A stretch of 63,522 nt of DNA, filler included, from Squatina squatina (taxonomy: Eukaryota): assembly GCA_031763465.1 (NCBI GenBank). It is 4 parts of 4 records of this genome, joined end to end, with 100 filler letters (N's around TTAATTAATTAA, not from the genome) between each part and the next. Parts side by side here need not be neighbours in the genome. Positions count along the whole stretch, not along the records: positions 51,364 to 63,522 come from JARFOE010000004.1; 3 more parts are not named here. One strand, given 5' to 3'. Below, in pieces: positions 54,712 to 63,522 of the stretch. The position numbers and the translations under genes were made by a program. Each line of letters opens with the position of its first letter. Within the stretch, counting starts at the first letter, position 1. The notes under the pieces are model-generated. The model did no database searches and was not told the DNA's origin. It was given only the letters and a program-made list of their open reading frames with translations.

Positions 54712-57188
54712 CTGGAGAGTCTCAAATTGATTGAAGAAAAGTCATGCATCGTGAACAATATCTTAAGGGAGATGAAATGTGGTTCACTTCAATACTTTAC
54801 TAGAAACATGGCCAGATGAAGTTCAACACAGACAAATGTGAGGTACTACATTCTGGTCAGAAGAATGGGAAGAATTAGGAAGGTGACTAATTATTTGGAG
54901 GTTGCGAGTCTGGGTGTAGTAGAGGAACAAATGGATCTCAGAACAGAAATACTCAAATCACTACAAGTTGTGACACAGGTTAGCAGGGCTGTAAAACAAA
55001 AGTAATCCAAGAACTATTTCTGGAGGTAGAGAATTGAAAAGTAGGGAAGTTATGCAAAACCTGTCTTGAAACTGGTTTGGGCCACACGCTGCGTATAGTT
55101 CTGGTCACCATATTGTAAAAGCGGATACAGAGGCACTGGAGAAGGTGCAGAGAATATTTACATAATTTACATGATTCCAGAAATGCGAGGCTGTACATAT
55201 CAGGAACAGGCTGGGTCTCTTTTCTCTTGAACTAAGAAATCTGAGGGGTAACTAATAGAGGCCTTTAGCATTGTAAAAGTGTTTGATGGAGTGGATACAG
55301 AGAGAATGTTTCCACTTGTGGGGAAGAGCATAACCAGAGGCCATCAGTCACAGGAAATCCAATGGGGAATTCAGGAGAAACTTCTTTACCCAGAGAGGGG
55401 TGAGAATGTGGAACTCGCTCCCACAGGGAGTGGTTGAAGCAAATAGTATGGTTGCATTTAAGTGAAGGTTAGTCAAGCATATGATGTTGAAGGTGGGTTA
55501 CGCAGACAGATCTAGATTAGATAAGAAAGGAATAGCCTGGAGCGGAGCATGAACGCTGGCATGGAATGGTCAGGATTAGTTAATTTAAAACTGCGTCCAC
55601 TGGCAATGGACCTCTCTGATAAGCCTGGAGTTCCAGCATTCTGTCTGTAGATATGTTACAGGTTTACAAGCCAGAATTTTTAACCCATTGAAATTTCTGT
55701 TTACTATTGGGGTGAGAACCCGTCAGGTATAGCCTTGCCTTCCTGTAATAGGCCCCACAGATATTCCGTTCCATTGCGGCCACAGGATTGGAATATCGGG
55801 CGGGGAGTACATTCGGCGGAAGATGCGACACCTCCATTTACGCGCCAAAAATCGAAACGAATTTATAAACCATGAGTTAAAGCAATGAATAATGTTTGCA
55901 AACATTCGAAGCAGGTATACACTGATATTATTGCTACCTGAATTTTTGAAAGATTCCTGACATTTGGCCAGTTCTGGAAGCAAAAATGGAGAAAATTAAG
56001 CAAGGTTTCCTTTAAAATGTAAAAGACAGCTGAAACATTACCAGTCAAATTTCAGAATATAATATTGAATGCGGCCTAACATTTCAAAACCAACAGACTC
56101 GTGAGAAAGGCTGGGAAAAGAATGATATTAGTAATTGTACAAATAAGTATAAATTTATTTTTGAATATTAATATTTTCAATTAATCAAATATAGACACAG
56201 GTGGGAAAATTAATGGCAAGTAAGGGGTTAATCTATGTTGGGCTCTAGATTTCATTTTCCTGGGAGGATCTGTGTTCGAATTGATGTTCGGTTTTGAGAC
56301 AGTTTCACTGAAATTAGATGAGGAGAAAGTACAAAACAAGTTCGATGGAGAGACCCATCGAATGTCCCATGACCTCAGCCATGCCGAGCTGAGCGATCGA
56401 TTGCTTTTTACATTAGGACTTTTGATTTAGTTTAATGTAGCCAACAATAATGGCTCAACTATATTTTCTGATAATCATATTGTATGTAAGTTCACCAATG
56501 TGTAGGCATAGATTCGAAATTACTGATTCACTTCATGGTAAATCGTATGAGAATTAAAACTATTAAATTATTAGCCAGCTGCAGACATAACAAACCTGTT
56601 AAATACCCAATATAAACAATCGAGTCTCTGAGCTTAATATTTGTCAGCCATTAACTTTAGACGAGGGAGGACACTGCAGGGCAATAAGGTAATCTGGCTT
56701 TGAAAATTTTGAAGGAAGATGGTTGGAGATAGAGTGGCCTTCAAATGTATAAATGATATAATGGAAAAGCAATACTGCCCCTATCTTGAGTGGAATTTGC
56801 ACCCTGAACAGTAAAGCCAATTAAATCAAGTGATCTTGCTGCAGACCATATCTGGACAGTGATTGAAAAAACCTTGTTTGAGACAGGCATAAAAAATTAC
56901 ACAAAACAAAACTTTTGCAGATTTCATGCAAAGAGCAGACTGAAGTCGGCGTCAGATGTGTCCGAGCGGCTCCAGAGACCAAGGACTGTGAACCACTCGA
57001 ACTGTCGCCTGCTGTTAAGTATATTACATTGTAAGATTAACAAACTCTTGATCTAATGCTCAAACAGCAATAGCTGATGCCTAGTTGTGGGTCTTGTCCA
57101 GGAACTCTTGGAAAAGCTTACACTGTCGTTAAAGTAGTTCCTGGAGACCACGATTGGCAATTCGGCGATCAGCATTTTGGGCACTCAC

Positions 57189-57266
57189 CATCCTCTTTTG
57201 CTTTTCGTGCGGTTTCTGTTAGTGGGAGAGCAGATGGGAAATACACAATAGAAGTAGTCTTAGTTC
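57189..57266 (-). CDS. Repeated 78-nt Thr/Ser/Pro-rich exon, copy 2
   Basis: Acceptor acactccag|GA, donor ATG|gtgagt; phase 1-1; (G)TKTTSIVYFPSALPLTETARKAKED. Confidence 0.6.
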
Positions 57267-58100
57267 CTGGAGTGTCTCAAATTAATTGAATAAAATCATG
57301 CATCTTGAACAATATCTTAAGTAAAATGAAATGAGGTTCACTTCAATAATGATCAGTTAGGTTCACAAAAGTTTCCTTGAATGGAGTCGTGTCGGACACT
57401 TTACCAGAAACTTGGCCAAATGAAGTTTAACACAGAGAAATATGAGGTATGGGAAGAACAGGAAGGTCACTAATTAACTCGGAGTGTGCGAGTCTGAGTG
57501 CGGTGGAGGAACAAAACCATCTTTGTACAAAGACCCAAATCACGACCAGTTGCTACACGGTTTAGCAAGGCTGTAAACAAAACAATCCATGGAATGGTTT
57601 TATTTCTGGAGTTAGAGATGTGAAAAATAGGGAAGTTATGCAAAACCTGGATCGAACCTTGTTCAGGCCACACTTGGAGTACTGCGTACAGTTCAGATCA
57701 CCATATTATAAAAAAGGATATAGAGGCACAGGAGAGGGTGCAGAGAATACTTACAGGAATGATTCTAGAATTGCGAGGGTATACATATCAGGAAAGCATA
57801 AACAGGCTCGGTCACTTTTCCCTTGAAAATAGAAAACTGAGGGGTAACTCATAGATTTCTTTAAAATTAAAAAAGTTCTTGACACAGTGGAAAGAGAAAG
57901 AATGTTTCAACTTCTGGGGAAGAGCATCACGAGAGGTCATCAATATAAGATAGTCACCAGGAAATCAACAGGAAATTCAGGAGAAACTTCTTTACCCAGA
58001 GAGTGGTGAAAATGTGGAACTCGTTCCCACAGGGAGTGATTGAAGCAAAGAGTATAAATGCATTTCAGCGAAGTATGGACAAGCACATGAGGGAGAAGGT

Positions 58101-58499
58101 CATAGAAACATAATAACATAGAAAACAGGAGCAGGAGTCGGCCATTTGGCCCTTCAAGCCTGCTCCTCCATTCAAAGTGATCATGGTTAATCATCTAAAT
58201 TCAGTCTCCTGTTCCCGCTTTCTCCCCATATCCCTTGATCCCTTTAGCAATAAGAACTACATCTAACTCCTTCTAGAATATATTTATTGACTTGGCCTGA
58301 ACTTGGCCTTTGCCTTTTGTGGTAGAGAATACCACAGGTTCACCACTCTCGGAGTGAAGACATTTCTCCTCATCTCAGTCCTAAATGGCTTACCCCGTAT
58401 TCTTAGACTGTGGCCCGTGGTTCTGGACTTCCCCAGCCATCGGGAACATCCTTCCTGCATCTAGTCTGTCCAGTCCTGTTAAAATTTAAGTAAGTTTCT
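58101..58499 (-). mobile_element. Antisense CR1 3' end inserted into tandem unit 2 only
   Basis: Interrupts gagggagaaggt|aatgg, which is contiguous in unit 3 (~60995-61010); begins with catagaaacata. Confidence 0.8.
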
Positions 58500-60121
58500 A
58501 ATGGCCAGTTAAGCTGACAGATTGAGATGAGGAAAGATGGGAGGAAGCTTGAGTGGAGCATAAACGCTAGCATGGGCTTAATTACTTTAAATCTGCGCCC
58601 ACTGGTAATGGACCACTCTGCTAAGGCAACCATGTCATGAATCTATGTATAGAAACACGACAGGTTTACAAGACAAAATATTGGACCTAATAAAACTTCT
58701 GTTATTTATTGGGGAGGGAATCCACCAGGTATAGCCTTGCCTTCTTGTAATACTCCACACCATATATTCTGTTCCATTACGGCCATAGGAATTGAATATC
58801 GGGCGGGGAGTATATTTGGAGGAAGATGCGACACCGCCATTTATGCGCCAACGACCAGGAAGAATTTAGACACCATGCGTTATACCAAAGAATAATGGAA
58901 ATACATTTCTGCTTATCAATGATTAGTATGCAAACATTCTAAAGAGGTATACACTGATATTATTCCTACCTGAATTTTTGAGAGATTCCTGACATTTGGC
59001 CAGTTCTGACAGCACAAAAGGACAACATTAAACATCATTTCCTTTAAAAGATAAAAGACAGCTGAAACATTACCAGTCAAAAATCATTAATATTAGAACG
59101 AATGCTTCCTAATATTTCAAAACAAGCAGACTGTTCCAAATAGGTGAGAACATTTGTGGCAAGTAAGTGTTTAATCTTTGTTGGACTCTAGATTTCATTG
59201 TCTTAGAATTTGTGTTCAGTTTTGTGACAGTTTCACTGAAATTCGATAAGGAGAAAGTGCAACCCACGTTCTATGGAGAGGCCCAGAGAATGTCCCGTGA
59301 CCTCAGCCATGATGAGCTGAACGACCTACTGCCGGTTATGTTAAGACATCTGTGTTAGTTTTTTTCAGCCAACAATAAAAGCTTAACTATATATTCCAAT
59401 AATCATATTGTGTGTAAGTTAACCAATGTGTAAGAATAGAATAGAAATTACTGATTCACTTCATCGTGAATAGTGTGAAAATTAAAAAGACTGGATTATT
59501 AGCCAGCTGCAGACATAAAAAAACCGATAATGAGCGAATATGAACAATGGAGTCTCTGAGCTTAACATGTGTCAACCATTAACTTTACTCCAGGGAGGAC
59601 TCTGGGGGGAGATATGGTCCTGTGGCTTTGACAATTTTGAAGGCAGATGGTTGGAGATAGAGTGGCCTTCAAATGTATAAACAATATAACGGAAAAGCAA
59701 TACTATCCCTATCTTACGTGGAAGTGGCACATTGACTGTGAAAGCCAATTAATTGAAGTGATCTTGCTACAAACCATTACAGAACATGACTGAATAAACC
59801 TTGTTAGAGAAATCAATAGAAAAAATCACGGAAAAGGAAACTTCACGCAGGTTTCCTGCAAAGATAAGAACAGGCTGAAGACGACATCACCTGTGTCCAA
59901 GTGGCTCCAAAGAACAAGGGCTGTGAGCCACTCGAACTCTCGCCTGTTGTTAAGTATATTATGTTATAATCTTAATAAGATCTTGATCTATTGCACAAAT
60001 AGCAATAGCTGATGCTTATTTTTGGATTTTGTACAAGAACTCACAGGAAACCGTACACATTTCAAAGTAGTTCCTGGAGAACATGATTGGCAATTCGGCG
60101 ATTAGCATTGTGGGCACTCAC

Positions 60122-60199
60122 CATCCTCTTTTGCTTTTAGTGCGGTTTCTGTTAGTGGGAGAGCAGATGGGAAATTCACAATAGAAGTGGTCTCAGTTC
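60122..60199 (-). CDS. Repeated 78-nt Thr/Ser/Pro-rich exon, copy 3
   Basis: Acceptor actctccag|GA, donor ATG|gtgagt; phase 1-1; (G)TETTSIVNFPSALPLTETALKAKED. Confidence 0.6.
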
Positions 60200-62688
60200 C
60201 TGGAGAGTCTCAAATTGATTGAATAAAAGTCATGCATCTTGAACAATATCTTGAGTAAAATGAAATGTGCTTCACTTAATATTGAGCACTTAAGTTCACG
60301 AAAGAATCCTTCAATGGAGTCGTGTAGGAAACGAGGCCAAATGAAGTTCAACACAGAGCAATATGAGGTATTGGAAGAATAGGAAGGTCACTGATTACTC
60401 GGAGTTTGCGAGTCTGTGTGCGGTCGAGGAACAAAGCGATCTTTGTACAAATTCCCAAATCACAACCAGTTGTTACACAGTTTAGCAAGTATGTAAACGA
60501 AAAGCAATCCAAGAACTAAGGTTTATATCTGGAGGCAGAGAATTGAAAAATAGGGACGTTATGCAAAAACCCGAATCGCACCTTGTTTAGGCCACACTTG
60601 GAGTATTGCGCACAGTTCTGCTCACCATATTATAAAAATGCATATAGCTGCACTGGAGCGGGTGCAGAGAATATTTACATTCCAGAGATGCGAGGGTAGA
60701 CATATCCGGAAAGGAAGAACAGTCTGGGCCTCCTTTCTCTTGAAAACTGAAAACTGAGGAGTGACCTAATAGATGTCTTTAAAATGATACAAGTTCTTGA
60801 CATAATGGATACACAGAGAATGATTCCACTTGTGCGGAAGAGGATAACTAGAGCCCATCAATATAAGAGAGTCACCAGGAAACCCAATAGGGAATTCAGG
60901 AGAAACATCTTTACACAGAGAGTGGTGAGAATGTGAAACTCGCTCCCACAGGGAGTGGTTTAACCAAATTTCAGAGGAGTATAGACAAGTCTATGAGGGA
61001 GAAGGTAATGGTCACTTGCGCTGACAGGTTTAGTTGAGGAAAGATGGAAGGAGTCTCGAGTGGAGCATAAATGCTGACATGGACTGGTTGAGCTTAAAAT
61101 CTGCGTCCCACCGGTAATGGACCTCTTTGCGAATGCAAGGATGATTCTATTTATAGATACACTACAAGTTTTACAAGCCAGAATTTTTGATCCATTAACA
61201 TTTGTCATTTATTGAGATGGGAATCCGCCAGGTATAGCCTTGCCTTCCTCTTATAGGCCCTGCCGGATATTCTGTTCCATTGTGGCCACAGGAATTGAAT
61301 ATCAGACGGGGAGCTTATTTGGTGGAAGATGCAAAACCTCCATTTATGCACCAACGACCAAGAAGAATTTATGCACCATGCGTTATACCAAGGAATAATG
61401 GAAATACATTTCTGCATTGTGAATGATAAGTATGCAAACATTCCAAACAGTTATACACTGATATTAATCCTACCTGAATTTTTGACAGATTCTTGACATT
61501 TGGCCAGTTCTGGCATCACAAAAGGACAACATTAAACATGATTTCCCTTTTAAAGGTAAAAGACAGCTGTAACATTACCAGTGAAATGCCATAATATAAT
61601 AATGAATGCATCCTAACTCTTCTCAACAAGCAGACTGTTGTCTGGTATTAGAATGCTTTTAGTAATAGTACAAAAATGTCTAAAATTTAGTAATGAATAT
61701 TATTTTTTTCTATTAATCAAATATATACACAGGTGAGAACATTAGTGAGAAAGTTAGAGTTAAATGGGTTAGAATTTATGTTCAGTTTGGACAGAGTTTT
61801 GATTGAAATTAGATGAGGAGAAAGCACATCCCACGTTCCACAGAGAGGCCCATAGAATGTCCCACGATCTCAGCCATGCTGAGCTGAGCGATCTATTGCC
61901 TTTTATGTTAGGATATTTGATTTAGCTTAATTTATCCAACAATAATAGCTTAACTATATTTTCCAATAATCATATTGTTTGTAAGTTAACCAATGTGTAA
62001 GAATAGAATAGAAATTGATGATTCACTTCCTAGTGGATAGTGTGAGAATTAAAAAGATCAGATTATTAGCCAGCTGCAGACGTAAAAAGACGGATAATGA
62101 GCGAATATAAACAATGGAGTCTCTGAGCTTAGTATGTGTCAACCATTAACTTTAGTCCAGGGAGGACTCTGGGGGGAGATATGGTCCTGTGGCTTTGACA
62201 ATTTTGAAGGCAGATGGTTGGAGATCGAGTGGCCTTCAAATGTATAAACAATATAATGGAAAAGCAATACTATCCCTATCTTAAGTGGAAGTGGCACATT
62301 GAGCGTGAAAGCCAATTTATTGAAGTGATCTTGCTACAAACCATACCAGGACAGTGATTGAACAAACCTTGTTCAATAAATCAATAGGAAAATCACACAA
62401 AAGGAAACTTCACGCAGGTTTCCTGCGAAGATAAGAACAGGCTGAAGACGACATCACCTGTGTCCAAGTGGCTCCAAAGAACAAGGGCTGTGAGCCACTC
62501 GAACTCTCGCCTGTTGTTAAGTATATTATGTTATAATCTTAATAAGATCTTGATCTATTGCACAAATAGCAATAGCTGATGCTTATTTTTGGATTTTGTA
62601 CAAGAACTCACAGGAAACCGTACACATTTCAAAGTAGTTCCTGGAGAACATGATTGGCAATTCGGCGATTAGCATTGTGGGCACTCAC

Positions 62689-62720
62689 CATCCTCTTTTG
62701 CTTTTAGTGCGGTTTCTGTT
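62689..62720 (-). CDS. Repeated exon, copy 4 (5' part in gap)
   Basis: Visible part reads TETALKAKED followed by donor ATG|gtgagt, matching copy 3. Confidence 0.5.
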
Positions 62721-63522
62721 NNNNNNNNNNNNNNNNNNNNNNNNNNNNNNNNNNNNNNNNNNNNNNNNNNNNNNNNNNNNNNNNNNNNNNNNNNNNNNNN
62801 NNNNNNNNNNNNNNNNNNNNATCTTTATCTCAGAGTAAATCACTTAACCCACTTGCATAGCTATTGGGGAATGAGTTAATGTCCCACTCATGCAAATTGA
62901 ATTCATCTGCTACAAATTAGTGTGATTACATACAGCAAATCAGCAATTGCAATTCACCACATTCTGCCACGAAAGGCATGTGGTATTGATCTTAAAGATA
63001 TTTAATACTATAGGAAGTGTGGAACAGATTCATGGTTTATAATGGCACTCCTGTATTTCAGTTTTAACAACCAACTCTGAAAAATATGTCCAACCAATGT
63101 ACAGCTTACTGCCATAATGATTTTACTTGCAGCACCAGACTTAATAACTAAAAATTACTCCAGCATATGTACATTACATCCAAATGGAAACACAAACAAC
63201 AATATAATGAAATTGATTCAAATATGTTGAAATTATCCTCCTTCTCACATGCACCATTGCTATTGCCTGACAGGAACTCCATGGGCAGCTCAAGCTAGCC
63301 CAGTGGTCCCTGGAGTGATAAATTAATTTAAGTGCTGCTGACCTATTTATAAACCAAACTCTGATTCTTTTTGCTGGGGAGCACAATTGCCTTGGTAACC
63401 TGAAAGTGACAGATTTTACTTTGTGACAGAAGTGTGGCAGGTGGATTTGTAGCATTCATACAGCTGCAATAACTTCAATACAGAAACAAATTCATTGCAA
63501 TGTCTCGTTGCAGGCAGCGTGC

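Larger units (their letters stand above)
54652..62720. repeat. Tandem array of ~2.6-2.9 kb units (3 complete units plus the start of a 4th, bounded by gaps)
   Basis: The marker gtgcggtttctgtt recurs at ~54652, ~57207, ~60140 and ~62707. Colinear homologous blocks lie between the markers (CR1 fragment, caggtatagccttgcc block, gagtggccttcaaatg block). Confidence 0.95.

Noticed and set aside
59636-59673. Hairpin TTTGAAGGC...GCCTTCAAA present in the tandem units
   Set aside because: Short stem with no miRNA or snoRNA hallmarks; its recurrence is explained by the duplication itself.

Overview
This is gapped vertebrate genomic DNA, most likely from a cartilaginous fish, inferred from the repeat content: CR1 and L2 LINE ends, tRNA-headed Deu-type SINEs, Penelope and PIF/Harbinger remnants. 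Most ORFs in the supplied track are repeat- or gap-derived. The main signal is a 228-nt minus-strand exon at 22062-22289 that is almost identical to beta-catenin (CTNNB1) exon 3, with an intact DSGIHS/T41/S45 phosphodegron and intact splice sites. No other CTNNB1 exon is visible in the window. Instead the exon is phase-compatible with unrelated exons (13538-13677, 8506-8577, 4330-4497, and probably 22564-22888). Together they would encode a roughly 300-aa protein ending in -WAELEYFV, a candidate exon-shuffled gene carrying the beta-catenin degron without armadillo repeats. The second signal is a tandem array of ~2.6-2.9 kb units at 54.6-62.7 kb. Each unit carries a 78-nt phase-1/1 Thr/Ser/Pro-rich exon, suggesting a mucin-like repeat gene growing by exon+intron duplication. 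All gene models come from reading splice signals and frames by eye and need transcript confirmation.
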